A stretch of DNA of 64,000 nt from Marsupella aquatica (taxonomy: Eukaryota; Plantae; Marchantiophyta), in the NCBI GenBank assembly GCA_973895155.1, contig OZ316897.1, forward strand, positions 17,094,058 through 17,158,057, read 5' to 3'. The notes under the pieces are model-generated. The model was not told the DNA's origin, ran no database searches, and worked only from the letters and a program-made list of their open reading frames with translations. The translations under genes and the position numbers were made by a program. Below are positions 1 through 11,028 of the stretch, piece by piece. Position 1 is the first letter of the stretch. Each line of letters starts with the position of its first letter.

Positions 1-298
1 GAAGCATTTGTAATTATTGTCGTGGAGTACTGAACCCTGACTCGCACTTTGCAATGACATATTTCTCATTAATAGTAATCTTGCAGAGGGATTTCGCAGA
101 AATTTGGTCCCATACAGGTGTACCTATATCATTTCTTTCGCAGGGAATGTGTTCGGACAGGTTTCCCACATCGATGTATTCCTAGAGTTAGCTGTCTTGG
201 GAGGGAACCAGTATGAGAGGGTGTCGGTGCTCAGAAAGAATCATCAGGGTCTCAAACCTGCACATTCCCAAGAATTTAAGCATACAGCAAGAATCACT

Positions 299-895
299 AG
301 GGTGTCTCAAAGTTACGCATTCCCAATAATTTTTAACAGCCGTGATGGAAAACATGTGTTTGAGGTCATGACCAGGGATTTTGGTCAAATAACAGTTGTT
401 CGAGATCATGTCCAAAACTGGGATTTTGGTCCAATTCACCGTATCTGGGCTTTGCTTTGAGATGGGTTACACCACGCCCCCACGGAACAGTGCACATCAT
501 GAATTTTTCAATGAGCCCCGACCATTCTTGAAGGGCACCAATGCATTTATTGTGGATCAAATCTACGTGCGGACACCATTGCACCGACCACCCAAGTTGT
601 TTTGGAATTTTGGTCCAATTCACCGTATCTGGGCTTTGCTTTGGGATGGGTTACACCACGCACCCACGGAACAGTGCACATCATGAATTTTTCAATGAGC
701 CCCGACCATTCTTGAAGGGCGCCAACACATTTATCGTGGATCAAATCTACGTGTGGACACCAGTGCACCGACCACCTAAGTTACTGACGGTCATGGTTTG
801 TGAGAAACATAAATTTTTGGCGACACAATTTTGGTCATGAGAAACCTCCAGGAAATAGCTAGTTTGAGACTCCCCATTATAGTTTGAGACTCCCC
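299..895. mobile_element. Non-autonomous PHIS-type element (MITE-like) with AGGG..TCTCAAA termini
   Basis: Left end ACT|AGGGTGTCTCAAA at 299; right end TTTGAGACTCCCC|ATT at 863-875, repeated at 883-895. The terminal motif matches the 9.8-kb element. Flanks ACT and ATT differ by one base, so the pairing of these ends is not certain. Confidence 0.55.
421..782. repeat. 184-bp tandem duplication (2 copies)
   Basis: TTTTGGTCCAATTCACCGTATCTGGGCTTTGCTTTG starts at 424 and 608. The copies stay near-identical to about 782 and explain the repeated short ORFs here. Confidence 0.95.
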
Positions 896-2893
896 ATTAG
901 AAAGGGCCTATTAGAAAGGATGATTGGATTGAGGGCAACATAGAGGGAAGCAAAAAGGACTTTCAGGTGGGTCGGAATGATAGATATGACGTTAGAGAAT
1001 CAGTGTCAGATACCCTGTCAGATGTTGGAAACCTTATGTAACTCAGGCTTGAGAGGAATCAGTTGACGATCTCGTAATTGCACCAAACTCCTTTCTAAAA
1101 GTAAGGATGGCTTCCGTCGCTCCCACCTAACCATCTGGATTTCTGGCACGCAGTACAGGTACTTTACGTGTACAAAGTCAAGCTACCATTTTAAACCACT
1201 CGTCAGTGGTCTGGCAGGTTGATCCCTTCACGATGGATCGCTTCGGATGTCTTACTAGCTGATTGATCTGCCAGTGGCATTCTAAAGCCCCATAATCATA
1301 GTTGTCTCGATTGAAGTAAAAAATTGCTCAAAATCTATATCCTTATGACTGGTTTTTTACGATGTCGCTTACCATTATAATTATGAATTGCTGATGCAAT
1401 GTGGGTTGAATAATCTTCCTGAGTTGCAAGTCCAAATCATGGTACTACAACACCACTGATCATAGATGGAATGCATTTTCAGTATTGCTTTATCGATCTT
1501 TCCAGCTTCGGGAGAATCGTATTGATGGTTGTGTGCTGCATGGGTAGCAGTATGCTGAGATTGGACCGGAAGGGATAGTCCCATGGTCAAGTTAAAATGT
1601 TTCCAGATTTGTTTTTGCTCACTAGTGTAAAACGATAATGTTGTGGCTGGAATTCTGCTCAGTACTGGATACAGATACGCTGTCACGCACGTACCTGTGC
1701 GGCTATGGTCAAATTTGTACATTGCTAATGATTGCTTCCTTGCGAAATTGTGTGAGCTCTGGCTTCACCATTAGAGCAGCACTGAATTGCACGGTTGGTA
1801 TGAATAATTGCAATAAACTGAACGTAGGGAGATGCCAAGGAACATTCTTTCCACGGTAGAGCTTTCATTGACTGGGCACATACATCATTATCGGTCTGAA
1901 GAGAATCCCGGGATGGCAAGGTGTCTGAAGTTGTTTTGCATAATGCTAATGATGAGAAGACTAACCTTGAGCTTGCTCTGACCCAGAAACTCAACAAGAC
2001 TGATCCTCTGGTGACGAGAATGATCATTCCGTTCAAACCAAATGATCTTAAAGACAATGATGTCGTCCTTCCAAATGCCATTAACAATTGATTAAGGTTT
2101 GCCTTTGCAACAAGCATTACATTGCTACAATCTGATCCAGGCCTAGGTTTTTCAATTATGACTTACAAACTCTAATCTTCAATGAAACTCCAAGTTCTTG
2201 TGGCCCAGATTTGATAGAAACTACGCTGACTGAGCCGCTTGGGGTGGAGAAGAATGAAATCTCTCCCTTCTTAGACGCCAAATGATTCTCCACTCGCTTT
2301 AGACAGAGGGACAGATCAATCGAGGACAAAATGAATTCTCACATGCAAAATTGAAGAGTTTGTCTGCATCTAACAAAATAAGTTATCGTCAGGCCCAAAG
2401 TTTAATCTATAAAATTGAACTAAAGAACTGCACTGGTGTCGAATGTGCCCTAGATACAACGAGCCAAAAACGGAATTATCTCATAGATTTTTAAATTAAA
2501 AACCCTAGTGTAGAAGGGGTATCAAAGTACACATTGAAGATTCATCAGACTTCGTGAAACCCTAAACCATGTATCGTGGAAGTAGATGTTGTGCTTTGGA
2601 TTAGGAAAATCACTAACTGCCAATTCGATGGGAGGGTTTCTATTCCCAACCATGTCGCCTGGGAGAACACAAACAAACGATCACAAATTGAATTCCTCTA
2701 TTTCTTTCTTCAGCGAGGACATAATCTTAAGACGCGTGAATTACCTATTCCCTAACATTGAATCAGTTCCGGAAAGGAGTAGGATAAGAAAAAGTCTCAT
2801 GCAATGCCTCCTATTTGACTAACAAGCAAAGCATCTAACGACATGTGTAACGGATGCATTTGTAAGGAAAGGGACTGGTAAACTTAGTGCTGG

Positions 2894-4447
2894 ATGGAGA
2901 GGACGGATTATAATCCTTGTGGATATAAATTGTCAAGGGAATGCACTTTTGATCAAGCAGGCCTTCCCTATGACTTTGGGGATGCGAATGGTTCAAGTAC
3001 TGGTTCAGAGACCAGTTCCTCATCCAATGAATCTAAGCCCATCCTAGAATCCAACGGGGAATTCACCCCGTTCCCTGTTCCGAGGACGAGAGGGCGACTT
3101 GATGGAAGACTTTGTCTTCCGCAGAGAGAGTTTGGCCACATTTGGAAGACTCAAAACTATCACTTACTCTCATCAAATTCACTCTTGGGATGCAGAGTGA
3201 CACCTAGCCTTCACATGTTCATGGTGGTGGAGAGAGGACACAAATTACCGATCCCCGATGACCCCTTCCACGATCCTCAGGCCAGGTTAAAAGTGAAATT
3301 GAGGGGGAGAGTGGATGGACGCCTTTATAACCCAAAGCTTCAAACTCGATTTCACTCTTCCTTGTCGAGGAGTGGACGATTGTCATCCAATGTGGACGGA
3401 TTCATGACTCCCTCTTCCCAAAGACATGTTCGAACCAATGAAATACCAAATTTAGGCCCTCCCAGACTGTCTAGTGTCTCAAGCAATGCCAATTTTGGAC
3501 ACAAAAAGTTGGTCCAAAATGTTGATTCACAACAGCGGGAACCTGAAAATGAAACTAAATCCCAAGTGCCTAATTCTTGGGATGTATCATCAAGAGTAAG
3601 CGTTAGCAAAGAGTTGAACCTAATTAATCCTGAAGAGGAGTGGGAGATGCCCTGCTGCTGCAAAGAAGGCTCTAAAACTTATGCTCGCAATCGAGATTTC
3701 CCACGTCCCTCGAAATGTAAAGAAAAACCTTTGCGACTGAACAGCACTTCTTTTCCATCTTCATCCAAAGAACAATTTAGAGGAAGAATAGACGCGAGAT
3801 TGTATACAGCACAAGACATGGAGCCGAAGATGAATGCTCTCACGTATAGTTCAGGGGACTCAATGCAAGACTCCCCTTACCAAGATTTAACATACAATGA
3901 TAACCTTGCTTTGGACGAGAGACTGCTTCCAGAAAGTATCAACTTGTACCAAAAGAAGAAGGATATGCTCCTTGAGTTCTTGCAATTGAGGGGAAGGATT
4001 GATGCCAGAGTGTTTTCTCCACAAAAGGATGCAATGTGGGGAGCGAATCATGCTTCCCCTCATCCTTCCACTCAGATGAGAGAGGATGAAATGCTGTCCA
4101 AGAAGCTTGAGCCATCCTTCATTCAAGACCTCTACCAAAAGACATTAGTAGCGCATGTTGAGAGCAACAAAGCTGAACAGAGCACCGAGAGGCGAATGAC
4201 AAGTGAATTCCCATCCAGCTTTGACGCCGAGTTTGCTAATGAGAGTAACGTACCAAACCTCGAAAACGTTGCTTCTGCATCAACAGATAAAGAAAAAATT
4301 GAGGTGGACGAAGACATGCCTAGCACGTCAAAGGAAGAGAGAGTAGGAAAATCAAAGTCTTCTTCGCCTATGCAAGCCTCCACAAGCTCAATTCAAACTA
4401 GGGAAGATCAGCAAGATATATATCTAGAGCGAAGGGCAAGTTTTTAG
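2894..4447 (+). CDS. Hypothetical 517-aa Ser-rich protein with four RGR[LVI]D[GA]R[LV] motifs
   Basis: Uninterrupted 1554-nt ATG ORF. Motifs RGRLDGRL, RGRVDGRLY, RGRIDARLY and RGRIDARVF at codons ~66, 137, 296 and 366. No family recognised. Confidence 0.55.
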   Translation: MERTDYNPCGYKLSRECTFDQAGLPYDFGDANGSSTGSETSSSSNESKPILESNGEFTPFPVPRTRGRLDGRLCLPQREFGHIWKTQNYHLLSSNSLLGCRVTPSLHMFMVVERGHKLPIPDDPFHDPQARLKVKLRGRVDGRLYNPKLQTRFHSSLSRSGRLSSNVDGFMTPSSQRHVRTNEIPNLGPPRLSSVSSNANFGHKKLVQNVDSQQREPENETKSQVPNSWDVSSRVSVSKELNLINPEEEWEMPCCCKEGSKTYARNRDFPRPSKCKEKPLRLNSTSFPSSSKEQFRGRIDARLYTAQDMEPKMNALTYSSGDSMQDSPYQDLTYNDNLALDERLLPESINLYQKKKDMLLEFLQLRGRIDARVFSPQKDAMWGANHASPHPSTQMREDEMLSKKLEPSFIQDLYQKTLVAHVESNKAEQSTERRMTSEFPSSFDAEFANESNVPNLENVASASTDKEKIEVDEDMPSTSKEERVGKSKSSSPMQASTSSIQTREDQQDIYLERRASF

Positions 4448-5632
4448 GGGGACAAGGGGACAGTTTATCAAAACCACCCGGTCATAGACAGCATTCAGGA
4501 TCGCCTCAAATGTTTCGCATACGTTCCCCTTACCCTTGACGGGTGTTTTGTGTTTGGGTTTGGCGTTTTACGTTTCATTCTTCCGTCTATAGCTCCTACC
4601 GTAACGCATGTTAGTAGTGTGGCAAGGATGGCCCTCGTTTGTTAATCTGGATAGCATAAACCAAGTGCCTTCAGAGCCCAAAACCCGGATGGGCCGGCCT
4701 CGATGGTGGTCGAGAAGAATCTCGGCTGTCGGATGTATTTGAGTATGGGCTGGTCGCAGGGCCAATGGGTCTCTGCTGATTGGGTTCTTAACCCACAACA
4801 TCAGGAAGTTAGGAATGTCGTCAGTTATTCATCTCCTCCCCGAAATATTGGCAATAGTAAAATCCTTTCCAACAGATTGGTTGTTCGGGTCTCCATCCAT
4901 ATGTCAAGCTGGTGTTTGCGTATGTGATCGCAATGAACAGGAAGCACCTATTTTAGCAACCCGTACTCTTCCCACTTCTCTGTCCCTGATTACGAGCGGG
5001 GAGTGATGAGTAGCCGGGGATTAGGCAAGATCCTCGCATTACAGTGGTTGTTTGAACTGGAACCCTTAGACTGAAGTTTGACAGATTGAGGCATAAATAC
5101 GAGAAGGGGTTTTTGGAAATGATGATTCTCTGTCCAAACTTCGCTGTGTTATGTGAACGGAGGTATGACTGGATTTTCTGGGCCTGATCCGAAGTCATGC
5201 GAGACCTCTGACATGGGCTTTGTGTCTCACAGGTTGGGCACAAATGTATGTGGACCGGAAACAGGAAGAAGAAAGTCCTCAGATGCTAAGTATCACTTCA
5301 ATCTGCAGCTCCTAATTTCGTGGCGTGATTCGTTGGTGTTAGCAGTCCAGTAACTGTTTCACCTGTAAAGCGCCTTTCTCTTTCTCTTCGTCCCTCTGTG
5401 TATCTCTGGGCTGGGACCCGGGACTCCCTCCCACGCTGTTTGATGGATCACTTCGCGAGCTATTTCATCGTCATGACTATTTGCTGAGATCCCTGTTTCT
5501 GATTGATTGAAGTTATGATCACTACTCTAACGCTTTTTCCTTCCCATGGTCCATGTCTGCTTGAGGATCTTAGACTAGCGTCTCTAGAGTAGGATTTGGA
5601 GTAAATGAGCGAGCCCTTGAACGCTTTCCATC

Positions 5633-6943
5633 ATGAACCTTCGTGAATCGGCTGCTGTCAATTGCCATCCTTACGACAAGGATAGTGAGGAGGATGGACA
5701 TGACTGGGAATCTCTTACCGAGGACTTACATGTCATGGTGCTTACCAAGCTTCCTTTCTTCAGCCTCATGAGATTTCGTACCGTATGCAAGAAATGGAAT
5801 TCGCTCATCCTTTCTCGGGAAATCACTCCCCTTGGTACGAAGTTCACACCCAAAACCGTGCCAATCTACTTTAGCCATGGGCCGCTGATATTGTTTGATT
5901 CCAGAAAGAACATATGGCAGGAGCAGAGCCTGGAATTCATACAATATCCGCGCCACACGTTGTCTCTACTGGTATCAGCGGTTGGGCTGCTCTGTTTCAA
6001 GACAAGCTTCACGGGAGAGTTAATTGTGTGCAATCCAATCTCGATGCGATGCAGGTACTTGACACTTCCCAGGGGATTCGATAGCCAGGCCCTCACTGAT
6101 CCACTACCAGACCTTTCCAAGCCAGTTGTAACTCTAGAAGGTGGTAAAGAAGCTATAGAAGCATTCCAACGCTCTTGTGGAAAAGAGGTTGTGGTGGGTT
6201 TACTTACGGAGACGCACAAACAGTGGTACAAGCTTGTCATTGCAGGGATATCCAATGGTTCTCGAAGGACAACCCTGGTGTATGATTCCTTCATGCACCA
6301 ATGGAAGGAGGGCGGTGCAGTACCCCAAGGAATCAGATTCTGGGAGTCGGGGAAGAATGTGAACCTCAACGGTTATTTGTACTGCATCACATTCACAGCT
6401 GGTATCCTTAGTGGAGAATGTAATCTGGACTGGCCTTGGAGTGTGGTGAGATACGACTCATCAAACGATGCTTGGACTGAAATCCGACTCAGAACTCGAG
6501 GTTCTATCCTACCACAGCTGGTTGAGCACCGTGGCCGAATTCTGGTCATCCAAAGAAATGGAAAGGCGGAGAATGAAATCTCCTTCTCCGAGATCAAAGA
6601 GGACGGACCAATGCTCTTCTTGATTACTAGACATATGCCCTCCACATTGTTCCCCCCTATCACCCGAAAGAGATGTCCTATGATCATGCAAGACTGGTGT
6701 GTGGGATCAGGAGATTGGCTATATATTGCTAGTCGACGCAGGGGACATGAAAATGAGGGGTCGCATTCTCCTCGTGGTTTGACTGTAGTGGCTCACAATT
6801 TTACTAGCAATACCTGGATCCTATTGCCCACCTTGATGGACGAACCTAGACTATGTGCTCATTTCTCTGCCACACTGAACGGCTATTACTCCCCCACTTG
6901 GTTACATGCGTTCGAGCCGTCTCTTTGTGCTGCCATTTGGTAG
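5633..6943 (+). CDS. F-box protein (F-box plus kelch-like beta-propeller region), intronless, 436 aa
   Basis: F-box WESLTEDLHVMVLTKLPFFSLMRFRTVCKKWNSLI, followed by the typical plant F-box motifs GLLCF, LIVCNP, YKLVIAG, TLVYDS and LVEHRGRILV. Confidence 0.93.
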   Translation: MNLRESAAVNCHPYDKDSEEDGHDWESLTEDLHVMVLTKLPFFSLMRFRTVCKKWNSLILSREITPLGTKFTPKTVPIYFSHGPLILFDSRKNIWQEQSLEFIQYPRHTLSLLVSAVGLLCFKTSFTGELIVCNPISMRCRYLTLPRGFDSQALTDPLPDLSKPVVTLEGGKEAIEAFQRSCGKEVVVGLLTETHKQWYKLVIAGISNGSRRTTLVYDSFMHQWKEGGAVPQGIRFWESGKNVNLNGYLYCITFTAGILSGECNLDWPWSVVRYDSSNDAWTEIRLRTRGSILPQLVEHRGRILVIQRNGKAENEISFSEIKEDGPMLFLITRHMPSTLFPPITRKRCPMIMQDWCVGSGDWLYIASRRRGHENEGSHSPRGLTVVAHNFTSNTWILLPTLMDEPRLCAHFSATLNGYYSPTWLHAFEPSLCAAIW

Positions 6944-8263
6944 ATTGTTGCAACTGAATATCTTATCCGCCCATGGTCACTCGTCTCTCGCAGAAAGGAG
7001 GGGAGGCTGTCATACTTGTTTCCCGTGTATCAGATTGGTTCATGCTTTGCTGGTGTAGAATTGAGAAACCGAAAGCAATATTAACTCCTCGGTATCACAG
7101 CTGCTTTTCCAGAATGAACACTTTCAGCCAGTACTTCAAGCGTTTGTGTGGCTAGGTGGCTGAATTCTGAAGTACACATTATTCTAGGTCAAGATACTGG
7201 TGCCTATTCCCAACCTTTCTACTTTTGTACCGGAAGTGATACCGTGTTGGTTTTCCCTGTATTAATGCTTCGCGGTTAGGCGATTCATGAAAGATAGACT
7301 ACATTCGTTGCTTGTTATGAGTTAATCGGAGGGAGCTGACAATTTTCTAGAGCCTGAAGCTATTCGGAAGTTTCTGGAAATGCTTCTATACCTCGGCCAG
7401 ATTCACAGCAGGTTGTCTGATCGCCTCATCTATTGCGGAACTGTGTAACTGAATGGCGCAATCTAGAAGCTCCTCCAGTTACTGTCAGGCAAATTGAAGC
7501 CATAAAACATCTGACATTTCTGTGAATTACAATAGCTAGAACATTTTCTGGATTCCTTGAAAGAATCTCTGCTTTGATTCATGTCAATGGAACGCATTAA
7601 TTCAGGCTCATTTAAAAGTAGAGGTAATAAATCTTTAGCCCGTGGCTTCTTGGAAGTTGGATGGATCATTACAATAGGAATCTTGCGTCCGCTCATTGCT
7701 TCAACATGCTCATCGCTAGCTCAAGCGATGTCTTTAACCCGCTTCTATCATGTTTGTAATCACCAGGATCATTACTACAGTTTATTCGGAAAAAAAACAA
7801 ATAACTTTCTGAAACTTGCAAATGGACAGTCTCCGTTCGCACAGCTTCCGGTTGTTCGTAACCTTCGGTGGGTCAGCTGCATTGTGTGTTCAATTTCATA
7901 TTTTGGATTGCATCACGGAGTTTGCCATCAGAATAATCCTGTAGTCCGTCTCATAGCTCATCTTGATAAGAAAGTGTGCACTCAAGTTAGCTGTTGATTG
8001 TAATGCACTTCGCGTTGTAAAGCACCAGCCCTGTGTCTATGAAAGGAACAGATTTTGAACGATAACTCTAGATCACTATCACAAAATATCTTCTAGTGTA
8101 GAATCTACTCATTGAAGGGATTATCTGCTACACATACTTCAAACCTGGTCGCTCAACACTTCAGGAGTCTTGGTTTCGCGACTCTTGTATACGCATAGTA
8201 CGAGGTACCTTGTCACATAATTCGGGTTCCTATTCTGATTTGTTCCTGTGGACAGTTCTTGGG

Positions 8264-8341
8264 AGTTCGAGGAAAGTATGATGCTGTTCCATTTCTTGCA
8301 ACACGAAGTAATGTGATCAAGTCGAGAAACGGAAGGTTGGA
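8264..8341 (-). pseudogene. Duplicated F-box fragment of the neighbouring gene
   Basis: About 78 bp nearly identical to 10569-10647 (LPFLDLIT..VCKKWNSIILSSN), with a 1-bp deletion and non-coding flanks. Confidence 0.8.
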
Positions 8342-8745
8342 ATTAAATTGAATCGCATTCAAAGTTGATAATGAATGATGAAATTCAACGAGATCATCCC
8401 ACCGTTCATGTCCTCCTGAATAGTTATCATCTTTCAGGAGGATTTGAGAGAGTCAGTCAATCCAGAATAGAGTTTGCTCTCTGCGAGATCGCATTCCAAG
8501 ACATCTGAAAGGAGAACTTGTAACCTACAGCTGATAATAAACTCGGCAGGCATCACGTACACTCGAGACAACAATGACTAGTCGAAAGAAATTGTCTCGA
8601 AATTGTCTCGATGTTTCAATCGTAGCTTGAACTTTGTAACCAGTCATGGTAGACAAAATCATTCTTCATTCGATAGGACGTGCTGCCATAATGGAAAATA
8701 CTCTTCTGTGTAGAGGTCTACTATTAAGTTGGTTCACTGGATTGC

Positions 8746-11028
8746 TCACGGCAGGGCAGTCAGCGAAGGCGCAATCACATGAAGCGACCTAGCAGGATAG
8801 TAACCTCCATCCAAGTTCAAAGTGGGGAGGGTGGTCCAGGAGTCGAGTGTGAAGTCATGAGCCAACATCGCCAAGCTTCTTCCTTTGGTCTTGGAAGAAC
8901 CATCACCCTTCCGTTCCTGACCTGCTATGTACAACAAATCACCCTGTCCCACGCACCAGTCCTCGATGATCTGGCTCGACCTCGCTTTATCACGAGAGAA
9001 GAACCCCAGAGGTAGGGTTTTGGCCTGCAGCCACGACATTGTCCCGGATTCTTCTTCTACCTGTGAGAATGTGATCTCATTCGAGTGATTCCCTTCAGAG
9101 AAATGCCTTTGTAGCAGCAGGACTTTGCCATTGTGCTCCACGAGTTGTGATAAAACTGTGCCCCTTTTGATGATCTTCACCTGGCTCCACATGTCGGTCC
9201 CAACGTTGTATCTTATGACACTCCAGGGCTGGTCCAGATCACAGTAGCCTTTGGGCAACCCAATGCTGTACGTTATGCAGTAGAAATATCCACGGCTGTA
9301 GACGACCTTGCCTGATTCCCAGAACCTGACTCCTCTGGGAACATCTCCACCTTTCTTCCACAGATTTGTAAGAGAGTCGTACAACAAAGTCCATCGCTGG
9401 TCCCCGTCTAGAATTCCAGCCACTATCAATTTATAGCTCCTGGAATGCCTATCGTTGATTATGCCCACCACTACTTCTTTGCCGTAGGACCTTAGAAAGG
9501 CATCAATGGCAGCCCTTCCACCCTCCTTTGTGGGCACTGGTCTGTTCGAGAGTGCACTTGCACCTGTGAGCCATGGAGTCCACACGAATGCCACAAAAAA
9601 GATCCAGAAGTCAGTTCCTCGGTAAGAACATCACAATATGCTCGTGACCCCCAATCCATGGCGTTCCAATTTATTCCCAATAAATACCCACCGAAGGAGT
9701 GGTGCTATAGACAAAAATCTGAACTTCAAGGAATCCATCTTCAATCATTGAATAGCTTGCATGTTATTTATCTTCACTTGAATTCTAAACTGGCGGTTGC
9801 TCTTTAAAAACTCAACGATCTAAGCATGAGCACATTGAGGATGAGATTTATGTACGAATTACGCTGCTTGTCAATCGTTTGAACCTCTACCGTTCAGATG
9901 ATAAAAAGAAAATGTCAACTTCTTCGCAAACTCTGAAACAATTAGATTTCATGAAGCAACACCCACAGTCAGTCGTAGTGCTTGAGGTCTTTATATCTTT
10001 GTTTTGCCTTTCTCTTTTTCTGACTAGGAACTCTGTGACCCCTATTCCTAGTAATTGCTACTCTTCATTGATTTGAAGTCTTTGGGTCCGTCTTGGGATC
10101 AATTATAGCTCTGCCATTGCCGAGGAATGATTGATGACCAGCAATGATCACTCCAGTCTGGGCAATGTCAAACCTCATTAATGATTATTGCTGGGCCAGG
10201 AATAATTGATGGACCCAGTCTTGAATTGGGTTTATCTGAGACATAAATCATAACTTTCCCGTTGTCCAAGAATGATTGATTCTGACCTCTGATGTTATCG
10301 AGAGTGATCCCTGGTGGCAATGGAACACGTTTCCATCGCCTGGTTATGGGATTGCAAACGATGAAATCCTTCGACAACAGGTCTTGGAAGCAAAGCAGGC
10401 CTCGACTGCACACTTCCAAGGAAAGCGATTCAGGAGCCACTGGCAGAAATCCAAGCGACTGTTCTTCCCAGAGGTTCTTCTTAGAGTTGAAGATGACCAG
10501 AAATCCCTCGTCGAAGTGGAGGGGGACGCACTTGGGGGAGAGGTTGTCATGCATCCCACCACTAGGCAAGTTCGAGGAAAGTATGATGCTGTTCCATTTC
10601 TTGCACACACGACGTGATGTGATCAAGTCGAGAAACGGAAGGTTGGAGAACACGAGAGCCTGCAGGTCGATGGTCAGTGAATTCCACAGAGATGAAGGAA
10701 AAGAAGGTAAATCGCTGCCGCTGCTGGTACTCGCCATGTCCTCAGTATTTTGTTTCTGATCGGACACGCCATTTTGCTCGTCGTTAGCAACATGATCGCT
10801 CCCGTTGTCCGGCACATGTGTTCCTGTGGAAAGGCCTGGTGCTTTGCTCGAGGATCTACTTGGACGGGAGTTGGAATGAGACCCAGGCGAAACTGCTATT
10901 CTCATGAGCTTATCGCATTTCAAAGAGAGGCGTGGTCCGTGGCCAAAGGACTGGATGACCATCTTCGAAGACATGGCATAGAGTGATGGAGGACGGCAAC
11001 TCCTCAGTCTGGCTCGGTTGGGCTTCAT
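8746..11028 (-). CDS. F-box protein paralogue, two exons (11028-10287, 9563-8746)
   Basis: ORF 10168..11061 holds the F-box and VCNP; ORF 8746..9594 holds the C-terminal part, colinear with the 5633 paralogue (EGGRAAIDAFLRSYGKEVVVG vs EGGKEAIEAFQRSCGKEVVVG). A phase-1 GT..CAG intron at 10286-9564 joins them in frame. The start codon is uncertain. Confidence 0.85.

Noticed and set aside
104-840. Cluster of short overlapping ORFs with repeated peptides
   Set aside because: They arise from the 184-bp tandem duplication inside a MITE-like element and show no protein motif.
1381-2117. 113-aa and 130-aa minus-strand ORFs
   Set aside because: No recognisable domain or splice model. Possibly decayed coding sequence, but not supportable.
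4460-5045. Possible LTR after a purine tract, ending ...CATTACA
   Set aside because: No second LTR copy, canonical PBS, TSD or gag/pol was seen in the window.
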